Part shown: positions 17,085 to 26,092 of the stretch, one piece after another
Numbering within the stretch: the stretch's first letter is position 1
How the letters are laid out: each line of letters begins with the position of its first letter
NCBI GenBank assembly: GCA_020718845.1
Contig: DYRG01000004.1
Location: forward strand, 15,154 to 79,153
Direction of reading: 5' to 3'
DNA length: 64,000 nt
Source of the DNA: Thiomargarita sp.
GTDB taxonomy: Bacteria; Pseudomonadota; Gammaproteobacteria; Beggiatoales; Beggiatoaceae
The notes under the pieces: generated by a model
Database searches by the model: none
What the model saw: only the letters and a program-made list of their open reading frames with translations
What the model was told of the DNA's origin: nothing
Translations under genes and position numbers: made by a program

Positions 17085-18809
17085 ATGATGCTTGACCGCC
17101 GCCAATTCTTACAAATGTTAAGTGCCGCTGCTGTAGCTGGTTTATTACCTAAAACTTATGCCAATTCCTCTGATTATTATAATCTCCCTAACTTTGGAAG
17201 TGTGCGTTTATTACATATCACTGATACGCACGCGCAATTGTTACCTATTTATTTTCGTGAACCTAATGTAAATCTTGGTGTTCATGAAATGTCTGGAAAA
17301 GCACCCCATTTAGTGGGCGACAAATTACTTTCTCATTTCAACGTGCAACCCAATACCTTAGATGCGCACGCTTTAACCTATTTGAATTTTGCAGAAGCTG
17401 CAAAGACTTACGGAAAAGTCGGTGGGTTTGCCCATTTAGCAACTTTAATTAAAAATTTACGCGGTTCTTTTGGTGTCGAAAAAACGCTTTTATTAGATGG
17501 TGGCGACACTTGGCAGGGTTCTGGAACGGCTTTGTGGACACGCGGAAAAGATATGGTTGAAGCCTGCAATTTGCTCGGTGTGGATGTAATGACTGGACAT
17601 TGGGAATTTACTTATTTAGAAAAGGAAGTTTTTGAGAATCTCAAAGCATTTAAAGGTGATTTTGTTGCTCATAATGTTAAAGTAAAAGAAGAAGCCGCCT
17701 TTGATTATGCTCACCCTTACGATAGCAATTCTTATCACGCTTTCAAACCTTATACCATTAAAGAATTAAATGGGGTTCGAGTCGCAGTAATTGGTCAAGC
17801 ATTTCCTTACACTCCGATTGCAAATCCAGCGCGTTTTATTCCGAATTGGACATTTGGCATTAACGAACCAGAATTACAATCTTTAGTCAATCAAATTAAA
17901 GAAAAAGAACAGCCCGCTTTAATTGTTTTGATTTCACATAATGGCATGGATGTGGATTTGAAATTAGCGTCGAGAGTGAGTGGAATTAATGTCATTTTAG
18001 GTGGACATACCCATGATGGCGTTCCTATGCCAATTGAAATCAAAAATCCTCAAGGGATGACCTTAGTCACAAATGCAGGTTCAAATGGTAAATTTGTCGG
18101 TGTTTTGGATTTTGAAATCAAAGAAAATAAACTAACGGGTTACAAATATCGTTTGTTGCCGATTTTTTCAAATATGATTCCCGCCGATCCAGAAATGAGC
18201 AAATTGATAGAAAAAACGCGCGCTCCATTTTTAGAAAAATTACAAACCCCATTAGCAACTGCCGAAGAATTGCTCTATCGTCGCGGTAATTTTAATGGAA
18301 CATTTGATCAAGTGATTTGTAATGCGTTGCGCGCTAAAAATGATGCGCAAATTTCATTATCACCTGGCTTTCGCTGGGGAACAACCGTTCTTCCCAATCA
18401 AACCATTACAATGGAGCACGTTTTAGATCAAACTGCAATGACTTATCCTGAAACATATCTTAGAGAAATGTCGGGTGAAGAACTTAAAATGATTTTAGAG
18501 GATGTGTGTGATAATTTATTTAATCGTGATCCTTATCGTCAACAAGGTGGAGATATGGTAAGATTAGGCGGATTAGATTATGTTTGTAATCCGTTGGAAG
18601 AAATGGGTAAACGCATTTCAAATATGACCTTAGATAATGGCGAACTGATTGAATCTACTAAGAAATATAAAGTCGCTGGCTGGGCGACGGTTGGTTCTCA
18701 ATCGGCGGGTGAACCTGTTTGGGAAACGGTTGCAAGTTATTTGAAAGATATTAAAACCGTTAAATTAACCAAATTCAATCATCCAAAAATCATTGGAATT
18801 GATGCTTAA
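17085..18809 (+). CDS. soxB: Thiosulfohydrolase SoxB (metallophosphatase/5'-nucleotidase superfamily), Tat-exported
   Basis: A twin-arginine signal is present (MMLDRRQFLQMLSAAAVAG). The blocks LLHITDTHAQLLPIYFREPNVNLGV and GGDTWQGSG, the GHWEF/HNG/GGHTHD metallophosphatase motifs and the ~570-aa length all fit SoxB. An AAGGAG RBS is present. Confidence 0.75.
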   Translation: MMLDRRQFLQMLSAAAVAGLLPKTYANSSDYYNLPNFGSVRLLHITDTHAQLLPIYFREPNVNLGVHEMSGKAPHLVGDKLLSHFNVQPNTLDAHALTYLNFAEAAKTYGKVGGFAHLATLIKNLRGSFGVEKTLLLDGGDTWQGSGTALWTRGKDMVEACNLLGVDVMTGHWEFTYLEKEVFENLKAFKGDFVAHNVKVKEEAAFDYAHPYDSNSYHAFKPYTIKELNGVRVAVIGQAFPYTPIANPARFIPNWTFGINEPELQSLVNQIKEKEQPALIVLISHNGMDVDLKLASRVSGINVILGGHTHDGVPMPIEIKNPQGMTLVTNAGSNGKFVGVLDFEIKENKLTGYKYRLLPIFSNMIPADPEMSKLIEKTRAPFLEKLQTPLATAEELLYRRGNFNGTFDQVICNALRAKNDAQISLSPGFRWGTTVLPNQTITMEHVLDQTAMTYPETYLREMSGEELKMILEDVCDNLFNRDPYRQQGGDMVRLGGLDYVCNPLEEMGKRISNMTLDNGELIESTKKYKVAGWATVGSQSAGEPVWETVASYLKDIKTVKLTKFNHPKIIGIDA

Positions 18810-18824
18810 CAAAAGGAGTTTTTT

Positions 18825-19562
18825 ATGAGAATGTTGCAAGGTTTTGCATTAAGTTTAGTCGTGAGCAACTTAGCATTTGCAGATGATATTCATTGGACAT
18901 ATCAAGGGGTAGGAAATCCAGAGCAATGGGGTAAATTAAAACCTGATTTTGCTTTGTGTGAAATTGGTAAGAACCAAACGCCAATTAATTTAGTTGAAAA
19001 TGAAATGATTGAAGCGGAATTATCAGCGATTGAATTTGCTTATAAGAACTCAGCGGCAACTGTTGTAAATAATGGGCACACGATTCAAATAAATTATCCG
19101 CAAGGAAGTTCGATTAAAATTGAAGAAAAAACTTTTAATTTAGTCCAATTTCATTTTCATACGCCAAGCGAAAACCAAATCAATGGAAAATCTTTTCCTT
19201 TAGAAGTGCATTTAGTGCATAAAAATGACAAAGGAGAATTAGCGGTTATTGGGGTAATGTTTGATGTTGGAAATGCTCATGAATTATTGGATAGCATTTG
19301 GAAGAAAGTTTCTTCAAAAGAAAATGAAGAAATTAAACTTGATCAAGAAATCAATCCCATGAATCTTTTGCCAGAAGAAAAGAACTATTTTCGTTTTAAT
19401 GGTTCTTTAACAACGCCGCCTTGTTCTGAGGGTGTTCGTTGGTTTGTGATGAAGAAACCTTTAACCGCTTCTCTAGAGCAAATTCATCAATTCAAAGGTT
19501 GGATGAAACATGATAATGCTCGTCCATTACAACCTGTTAATGCACGTCCGGTTTTAAAATGA
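18825..19562 (+). CDS. Alpha-class carbonic anhydrase, secreted
   Basis: A signal peptide is followed by HWTYQG..PEQWG, GKNQTPINL, QFHFHTPSEN..NGK.FPLEVHLVH and GSLTTPPCSEG, which are classic alpha-CA motifs. Confidence 0.9.
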   Translation: MRMLQGFALSLVVSNLAFADDIHWTYQGVGNPEQWGKLKPDFALCEIGKNQTPINLVENEMIEAELSAIEFAYKNSAATVVNNGHTIQINYPQGSSIKIEEKTFNLVQFHFHTPSENQINGKSFPLEVHLVHKNDKGELAVIGVMFDVGNAHELLDSIWKKVSSKENEEIKLDQEINPMNLLPEEKNYFRFNGSLTTPPCSEGVRWFVMKKPLTASLEQIHQFKGWMKHDNARPLQPVNARPVLK

Positions 19563-20599
19563 GCAACGAACACGATTCTTTGAGAGCAATTGTTTGGAAC
19601 AACGACGCATTACAATTGCTCGATCAACGGGTTTTACCGCATGAAACTCGTTATTTGACGTTGCGCACGCCAGAAGAAATTGCTAATGCAATCAAAGAGA
19701 TGGTGGTGCGCGGCGCGCCTGCGATTGGAATTACTGCGGCGTTTGGGATGGTTTTAGCGGCTCGTCAAGCGTTTGCGCGAGATAAAAACGATTGGAAATC
19801 TTTGATTAAAAAGGATTTTCAATTGCTTGCGGCATCACGTCCGACCGCAGTGAATTTATTTTGGGCACTCGCAAAAATGCAGCAACTCATTGATAATTTA
19901 GATAATTATGATGATTCTACATTATTAAATGAAGCGCAACGCATCCATGCTGTTGATATTACTGATAATTATCGAATGGGCGATTTGGGATCGGCGTTCA
20001 TCGAACCGAACAGTAATGTGCTAACTCATTGTAATACGGGAAGTTTAGCGACGGGCGGTTATGGAACGGCGTTGGGAGTGATTCGCAGTGCGTATCGAGC
20101 GGGCAATATTTCGCAAGTTTTTGCAGACGAAACAAGACCTTGGATGCAAGGATCGCGTTTAACGGCGTGGGAATTAGTGCAAGATCAAATTCCCGTAACG
20201 TTAATTGTCGAAGGCGCGGCGGCTTCATTAATGCGAGAAAAATCAATTAGATGGGTGATTGTCGGCGCGGATCGAATTACGGCAAATGGTGACGTGGCAA
20301 ATAAAATTGGGACGTATAATTTGGCGGTTTTAGCGAAATATCATGGGGTTAAGTTCATGGTGGTCGCGCCCACGTCGACGATTGATATGAACTTAGCAAA
20401 TGGCGAAATGATTCCAATAGAGCAACGTGAGCCTGTAGAAATCCTTAAATTTAAAGGACAGTCTGTTTCTGCAAATGGAGCAACTGCTTGGAATCCAGCC
20501 TTTGATATGACCCCCGCTTCCTTAGTTGATGTAATAGTTACAGAACGTGGTGTTGTTGAAAATCCTACTTTAGAGAAAATACAGACCTTATTCAGGTGA
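19559..20599 (+). CDS. mtnA: S-methyl-5-thioribose-1-phosphate isomerase
   Basis: LQLLDQRVLPHE..YL, MVVRGAPAIGITAAFG, SRPTAVNLFWA, THCNTGSLATGGYGTALGVIR and GADRITANGDVANKIGTY match the MtnA/eIF-2B family. The start overlaps the CA gene stop by 4 nt. Confidence 0.9.
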   Translation: MSNEHDSLRAIVWNNDALQLLDQRVLPHETRYLTLRTPEEIANAIKEMVVRGAPAIGITAAFGMVLAARQAFARDKNDWKSLIKKDFQLLAASRPTAVNLFWALAKMQQLIDNLDNYDDSTLLNEAQRIHAVDITDNYRMGDLGSAFIEPNSNVLTHCNTGSLATGGYGTALGVIRSAYRAGNISQVFADETRPWMQGSRLTAWELVQDQIPVTLIVEGAAASLMREKSIRWVIVGADRITANGDVANKIGTYNLAVLAKYHGVKFMVVAPTSTIDMNLANGEMIPIEQREPVEILKFKGQSVSANGATAWNPAFDMTPASLVDVIVTERGVVENPTLEKIQTLFR

Positions 20600-20636
20600 A
20601 AAAGTTATTTCTTTAAACTGAAGATAAGATATAGCA

Positions 20637-20709
20637 ATATTACCTAAAATATTTCGTAGGTTGAACTGTAAAGTTTGCACCCCAATCTACCTGTAAATAG
20701 TGTAATAAA
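20637..20709. repeat. Palindromic intergenic repeat, copy 1 (shorter)
   Basis: ATATTACCTAAAATATTTCGTAGGTTGAACTGTAA...CCCCAATCTACCTGTAAATAGTGTAATAAA is near-identical at its ends to the element at 48323-48412. The termini (TATTAC./TGTAATA) and the GTAGGTTG/CAA.CTAC blocks are inverted repeats. Confidence 0.7.
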
Positions 20710-20792
20710 GATATATTGATTTTTAATCCGAAAAGTATTTCTCTAAATTTGAGATTTTTTTGTAAAATAGTTAATTTAGTGGTGTTTGAAAA

Positions 20793-20960
20793 ATGGAACA
20801 GTTGAAACAATTTTTATATATGGGTGGCTATGCGTTTTATGTGTGGGCATCGTTTGGTGTTGCTTTTATCGTCTTGTTATTAAACGTAATTTTGCCTTGG
20901 CAACGTCATCGGCTGGTGTTAAATCAACTCAAACGTAAATTACGGAGAGAAAACTCATGA
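20793..20960 (+). CDS. ccmD: Heme exporter protein CcmD (55 aa, below the ORF-track cutoff)
   Basis: My manual translation is MEQLKQFLYMGGYAFYVWASFGVAFIVLLLNVILPWQRHRLVLNQLKRKLRRENS. The MGGY.FYVW.S(F/Y)GV + TM + basic tail pattern is typical of CcmD. The stop overlaps the ccmE ATG (ATGA). Confidence 0.7.
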   Translation: MEQLKQFLYMGGYAFYVWASFGVAFIVLLLNVILPWQRHRLVLNQLKRKLRRENS

Positions 20961-21406
20961 GTACAATTACGGTAAATGCTAAGCATAAACAACGACTTGC
21001 ATGGATTGTAGTTTTATTATTAGGAGTTGGGGCGGCGGTTGCGTTGGGGTTGATGGCGTTTAACGCGAATATCCAGCTTTTTTTCATGCCAACCCAAGTT
21101 CACGCTGGAGAAGCTCCAAAAAATCAAGTGATTAGGATTGGTGGATTGGTTGAAAATGGTAGCATTCAGCGCGCAACGGACAGTTTAAAAATTCATTTTA
21201 ACGTGACCGATAATCAAAAAATGATCGCGGTGAAATACGAAGGAATTTTGCCAGATTTGTTTCGGGAAGGGCAAGGCATTGTGGCGATTGGAAAATTACA
21301 AGAAGATGGGAGTTTCAACGCGTCGGAAATTCTCGCCAAACATGATGAAAATTATATGCCTCCGCAAGTTGCTGATGGACTTAAAGAAACTGCCGATAAA
21401 AAATAA
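20957..21406 (+). CDS. ccmE: Cytochrome c-type biogenesis heme chaperone CcmE
   Basis: An N-terminal TM anchor is present. The blocks IRIGGLV..GS and GILPDLFREGQGIVA.G fit the family. The heme-binding His lies in LAKHDENYMPP. Confidence 0.9.
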   Translation: MSTITVNAKHKQRLAWIVVLLLGVGAAVALGLMAFNANIQLFFMPTQVHAGEAPKNQVIRIGGLVENGSIQRATDSLKIHFNVTDNQKMIAVKYEGILPDLFREGQGIVAIGKLQEDGSFNASEILAKHDENYMPPQVADGLKETADKK

Positions 21407-21462
21407 TCTTCAAAAACGTGCTTTAAATGAAAAATCACTAAAGCACGTTGATTTTATTGCGT

Positions 21463-22011
21463 TTATTGACCAGCGGGCGGCGGTGGGTCTTTGACTAATA
21501 CATCACCAAACGGCGTGCGCACTCGACGATGTCCAGCGGGAATGTCTTTATCTTCAATGACTTTGGGTTGAAAACCTTGACCCGCAGGTTGCCCCGTCGC
21601 AGGCGCAGGCGTTGCACCTTTTGCGGCGGCAGCGTTCGCAGCAGCGGCAGCAGCAAAGGGATTATTCGCGGGAGGAACGGGCGGCGCAGCGTTCATGCCT
21701 TGCATTCCCGTCATGCCGTCAGCGGGTTTGTCAGGCGAAGGGGTTGCCGCGTTGAGATTAGTTTTGAGATTTAATTCTTTGCGCTCGCCTTTAACGTTAC
21801 GCAGAAACACTTGACGCGCTTCAATCGCATCGACCGTCCATTCGCCCAACGTATCGCCCGCTTTAACCGTCACTTGTTTGCCGTTATTTAAGACCACCGC
21901 GCTTTTTTGCGCACCTAAAATAACGATACCTTCCAATGACATATCGTCCGCCGCCAACGCCACTTGCACGCTAAAACATGACGCGACTAAGGGTACTAAC
22001 CATTTTTGCAT
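21463..22011 (-). CDS. Secreted hypothetical protein: small beta domain (GspC/PilP-like?) plus Ala/Pro/Gly-rich tail
   Basis: A strong AAGGAG RBS precedes ATG 22011 (MQKWLVPLVASCFSVQVALA signal peptide). The segment GIVILGAQKSAVVLNNGKQVTVKAGDTLGEWTVDAIEARQVFL resembles GspC/PilP HR-type domains, but the functional call is weak. Confidence 0.5.
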   Translation of the reverse strand: MQKWLVPLVASCFSVQVALAADDMSLEGIVILGAQKSAVVLNNGKQVTVKAGDTLGEWTVDAIEARQVFLRNVKGERKELNLKTNLNAATPSPDKPADGMTGMQGMNAAPPVPPANNPFAAAAAANAAAAKGATPAPATGQPAGQGFQPKVIEDKDIPAGHRRVRTPFGDVLVKDPPPPAGQ

Positions 22012-22095
22012 AAAAAGCTCCTTTGAAACAAAACACTTGTCTAAAACAGATAGAATAGTACACAATGCAATTCTTGCCCATACTTATTTTACATC

Positions 22096-24252
22096 ATGAG
22101 ATTGCAAACAAAACTAGATTTTGCTGCATTGACGGCGTTGTTCATTGCAATTTTATCCGTGCTACTAATCGGGGGAACATTAGTACAAAAACGGACAAGC
22201 GCATGGCAGCAACAAATGTTTTATTTAGAATTAGAAAACACCCTCACGACCGTTCTTTATTTACAAGGAAAACCGGCGGCGGGTCATTTGTTTTCTTATT
22301 TTAGGGAAGCACAACATTTCTTTGTCATTCGCAACGAACCCTCTCCAACAATTCTTGATTATGGCGGCATTTCAAAAGATCAAGTCGAATCTTTAATGGA
22401 TTCAAAAGAAATATTTGAAGAATCAAGCGGTGAATTTTCTTATAAAATTCAAGAAACTAACTATTTAGGTATCTATAAAAAACTCCCTGAACAAAACGAT
22501 ATTATTGTTGCTATTGGAATGTCTAAATCTCAATTGAGCAATCATTGGCAACCTTTTGTAAAATATATGATTCTTCCATTATTACTATGTTTTAGTATCT
22601 GGTTTGCGTTGCAATCTTACATACATCGTCGATTAACTCATCAATTAATTAAAACAAATCTGGCGGTTCGTGCGATTGAAGAAAACTATTTCAACGCACA
22701 AATTAATCCTCTTTCTGATAACCAAGAACTCGCTGAATTACAAAACAATCTTAATCGTTTATCTTTAAAACTACAAATCAAAGAAGCCGATTATCAAGAC
22801 ATGGAACAAGCCAATGCCGCAGAAAGCCGTCATCGAGAAAAAGCCGAGATTTCTTTGCGTAATCGTTTAGATGAATTAGAGCGAGCAAAAAGTGATAATC
22901 AACATTCTTTAAATCGCTTGCAATATTTAGCGCAACATGATGATTTAACTGGACTTTATAATCGGCGAAGTTTGCAAGAAGAACTCATTAAAATTACCAG
23001 TCACACTTCTCGTTATGGCATTGAACACGCTTTGTTATTCTTTGATTTAGATGAATTCAAATATATTAATGACGTGTATGGACACACGGTCGGCGATAAA
23101 GTCTTAATGCACTGTGCGGCAGAATTAGTGCAAGTTTTAAATGAAAAAAATACCATTTTTTCTCGAATTGGAGGAGATGAATTTGCTATTTTATTAATTA
23201 ATGCTGATAAAACAATGGCGAGAAACTTGGCGGATAAAATCTTACATTGTATTTCAAGAATACCATTTCAAGTTCAAGGAAAAACTTTACGTTTAACAAC
23301 CAGTTTAGGCATAGCATTTTATCCAGAACACGCCACCGACGCAGAATCCTTACTTGCTCACGCCGATGCTGCAATGTATCAAGCAAAAACCGCTGGTAAA
23401 AATATGTGGCAAATTTATTCTCCCGATAAAAATACGGCTGCACAAAAAATTGATGATTTCTCATGGGGTAAGAAAATTGAACAAGCCTTAGATCAAAATT
23501 TATTTAAGCTATATTTCCAAGGCATTCATAATGCTAAGGATAAATCACTCGTACATTTAGAAATTCTTTTAAGAATGAAGGATATTAATAACCCAGAAAA
23601 ACTCATTACACCCGATCGTTTTATTCCTCATGCAGAACGCAGTGGATTAATTTTAGATATTGATCGATTTGTCTTAAAAGAAACGATTAGTTTATTAGCT
23701 CGATCAAAACGTATTCCACCTTTAGCTGTAAATGTTTCTGGACGTTCAATTGAAGACCCAACTTTAGCGTATTTCATTGTGAAAGAACTTGAAGTTCAAA
23801 ACGTTGAGCCTTGGCGCTTATTAGTTGAACTAACCGAAACTGCTGCCGTTGCTGATTTGCACGATGCACAAAACTTTATTGATGTTTTATCTAAAATTGG
23901 GTGTCGAATTTGTTTAGATGATTTTGGCGTGGGTTTCTCTTCTTTTGGGTATTTGAAACATTTGAAAGCAGATACTGTTAAAATTGATGGTTTGTTTATT
24001 CGAGATTTAATTCACGATAAAGATAATCAAGCCTTTGTAAAAGCCATTATTGATGTTGCAAAAAATATGGATAAAGAAATTATTGCAGAATTTGTAGAAA
24101 ATGAAGAAACTTTATTAATGTTAAATTCTTTTGGAATTGATTTGGTGCAAGGTTATTATTTGAGCAAACCCGTTGCCTATCATCCTTCGTTTCAAGGTGT
24201 TCCAATTGGAAACTTAAAATTTTCACATAGATATTCTGAGCATCGTTTATGA
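22096..24252 (+). CDS. Membrane-bound GGDEF-EAL (diguanylate cyclase/phosphodiesterase) signalling protein
   Basis: Two TM segments flank a periplasmic region. A coiled coil follows, then GGDEF (RIGGDEFAILL) and then EAL-domain blocks (LEILLRM, ELTETAAV, CLDDFGVGFSS, QGYYLSKP). Confidence 0.9.
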   Translation: MRLQTKLDFAALTALFIAILSVLLIGGTLVQKRTSAWQQQMFYLELENTLTTVLYLQGKPAAGHLFSYFREAQHFFVIRNEPSPTILDYGGISKDQVESLMDSKEIFEESSGEFSYKIQETNYLGIYKKLPEQNDIIVAIGMSKSQLSNHWQPFVKYMILPLLLCFSIWFALQSYIHRRLTHQLIKTNLAVRAIEENYFNAQINPLSDNQELAELQNNLNRLSLKLQIKEADYQDMEQANAAESRHREKAEISLRNRLDELERAKSDNQHSLNRLQYLAQHDDLTGLYNRRSLQEELIKITSHTSRYGIEHALLFFDLDEFKYINDVYGHTVGDKVLMHCAAELVQVLNEKNTIFSRIGGDEFAILLINADKTMARNLADKILHCISRIPFQVQGKTLRLTTSLGIAFYPEHATDAESLLAHADAAMYQAKTAGKNMWQIYSPDKNTAAQKIDDFSWGKKIEQALDQNLFKLYFQGIHNAKDKSLVHLEILLRMKDINNPEKLITPDRFIPHAERSGLILDIDRFVLKETISLLARSKRIPPLAVNVSGRSIEDPTLAYFIVKELEVQNVEPWRLLVELTETAAVADLHDAQNFIDVLSKIGCRICLDDFGVGFSSFGYLKHLKADTVKIDGLFIRDLIHDKDNQAFVKAIIDVAKNMDKEIIAEFVENEETLLMLNSFGIDLVQGYYLSKPVAYHPSFQGVPIGNLKFSHRYSEHRL

Positions 24253-25241
24253 ACTACCGTAAAAAAAATCCTCAAGGCTTTCGTGTGCCAACTTCGCCCT
24301 CAAATGCGTCCACACCCATGCAAATCGCGCCGTTACAAATGTGGTTGCAACATCATTGGTATAGTTTTAAAAACAGTTTTCAACAAGCAATGTATGCGCC
24401 TTTATTAACCCTTTTAACTTCCGCAGTGATTGGGATTTCATTAGCATTGCCAGCGGGTTTGTTTTTGTTATTAGAAAATGCGCGTCAAGTTACTCAACAT
24501 TGGGATGCAAATACCCAAATCTCGTTATTTCTAAAAGCGGAAATAACCGATAATGTAGCAATTCAATTAGCAGAACAACTACGACAGCAACCAATGATTT
24601 CAAAAGTGAGAACCATTGGAAAAGAAGAAGCGTTGGCGGAATATCGAGAACTGTCGGGATTTAGCGACGCATTACAAGCCTTAGATGAAAATCCTTTGCC
24701 AGCGGTTTTAGTGATTCAACCCGCATTGCAAGATAATGAAAACATTAAGAATTTATTTCAAATGCTGCAACAATTACCCGAAGCCGATAATGTTCAATTT
24801 GATATGCGCTGGTTGAAACGTTGGTTTGCAATGATTGAAGTGGTTAGAAGAGGGATTTTAGTTTTAGCGGGTTTGTTAGGATTAGCGGTTATTTTAATTA
24901 CGTCAAATACGATTCGTTTAGCAGTGAACAACCGCCGCGAAGAGATTGAAATTACACGATTATTTGGAGCAAGTAATGGTTTTATTCGCCGTCCGTTTCT
25001 TTACAGTGGATTATGGTATGGTGTATTAGGAGGATTGGTTGCATTTGCTCTAATTAAAGTAGGTTTTGCTTTATTAGATACGCCATTACAACATTTGAAC
25101 TCTCTCTATCAAACACAATATCAACTTAATTTATTTGAAATTGATATTGTATTGATTTTATTAACAATTGGAGCATTATTAGGGTTAAGTGGTGCTGGCT
25201 TTGCGGTCGGAAAACACTTGCGACAAATGCAGCCCCATTAA
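24249..25241 (+). CDS. ftsX: Cell-division ABC-transporter-like permease FtsX
   Basis: The topology and length (330 aa) fit FtsX. The periplasmic domain block KEEALAEYRELSGFSDALQALDENPLPAVLVIQP is typical of the family, and there are four TM segments. The ATGA start overlaps the GGDEF-EAL gene. Confidence 0.85.
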   Translation: MNYRKKNPQGFRVPTSPSNASTPMQIAPLQMWLQHHWYSFKNSFQQAMYAPLLTLLTSAVIGISLALPAGLFLLLENARQVTQHWDANTQISLFLKAEITDNVAIQLAEQLRQQPMISKVRTIGKEEALAEYRELSGFSDALQALDENPLPAVLVIQPALQDNENIKNLFQMLQQLPEADNVQFDMRWLKRWFAMIEVVRRGILVLAGLLGLAVILITSNTIRLAVNNRREEIEITRLFGASNGFIRRPFLYSGLWYGVLGGLVAFALIKVGFALLDTPLQHLNSLYQTQYQLNLFEIDIVLILLTIGALLGLSGAGFAVGKHLRQMQPH

Positions 25242-25243
25242 AA

Positions 25244-25936
25244 TCAAATAGTTAAAATATCTTTGACAAAATGAAGAGAAAGTTTGCGTTTTTTGCCGAT
25301 TGCTAAACCGTCTAATTGTTCTAACCAATCGATCATGGTTTTTAAGTCTTTGTTTTGGTGGATAAAATAATGTCCAACGGCATTCGGCAAAATTAAGCCC
25401 AATTCAGCCGCATAATCTTGTAATAATTGGCATTGATCGATTTCTGATAAATTTTCAAGACGATAAACCCCCCCACTGTTCAAACGCGACACCACATCCT
25501 CCAAAACATTTAAATTGTTTGGTGGAACGTTTGCCGCCAATAAAAGCGGAATCTTGTTATCTTTCAATAAATTATATAAATTAAAAATGGCGTGTTCCCA
25601 ACTATCAATATGAGAAATACTTTGGAGATCGTCTAAACAGACTAAATCCATGTTTTCTAAGCCCTCTAAAACGTCTGTGGGCAATGCTAATAATTCCGCT
25701 AAGGGCAGGTACGCGCTCAACCCCCCGCGCTCCGAAACGAGCCGACAAGCCGCTTGTAAAAGGTGAGTTTTACCACTCCCGCGCACGCCCCACAAATACA
25801 ACGACGCTAACGGGTTGCTTTGTTGTAACCATTGCAATAACATTTGATAAGTAACCACATTTTGACCCACCCGAAAAGTATCAAACGCATGGGGCAAACC
25901 GTGCCAATTCAGTGCAAGTGTTTGTTGTATCGGCAT
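25244..25936 (-). CDS. hda: DnaA regulatory inactivator Hda
   Basis: The blocks F.TF..G.N, LYLWGVRGSGKTHLLQAAC (Walker A), DLVCLDDLQ and the DnaA-like AAA+ layout in ~230 aa fit Hda. I preferred ATG 25936 over GTG 25954. Confidence 0.85.
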   Translation of the reverse strand: MPIQQTLALNWHGLPHAFDTFRVGQNVVTYQMLLQWLQQSNPLASLYLWGVRGSGKTHLLQAACRLVSERGGLSAYLPLAELLALPTDVLEGLENMDLVCLDDLQSISHIDSWEHAIFNLYNLLKDNKIPLLLAANVPPNNLNVLEDVVSRLNSGGVYRLENLSEIDQCQLLQDYAAELGLILPNAVGHYFIHQNKDLKTMIDWLEQLDGLAIGKKRKLSLHFVKDILTI

Positions 25937-26092
25937 AATATAATTCCACTTCACAAACTTAAACCTTAACGCTTATGCACATAAAATGCAAATGTTAATA
26001 AGAAAAATTTCTCGCAGAAACCTTCCGAAAAGAAAGGTGCAACACTAACTAAATATCTAATAATTCATCACATTAATAAAATATTTCTTCTT

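Noticed and set aside
17085-18809. Considered a generic periplasmic 5'-nucleotidase (UshA-like) call instead of SoxB.
   Set aside because: The Tat signal, the ~570-aa size and the HITDTHAQLLPIYFREP block fit SoxB better than Sec-dependent UshA. No soxAXYZ genes are in the window, however, so the SoxB call is kept at moderate confidence rather than treated as certain.
21529-21774. Ala/Pro/Gly-rich stretch of the 21463-22011 protein (and the opposite-strand ORF), considered as a collagen-like or repeat-encoded element.
   Set aside because: It has no regular G-x-y or nucleotide tandem-repeat periodicity. It looks like an ordinary low-complexity linker. The opposite-strand Arg-rich ORF is spurious.
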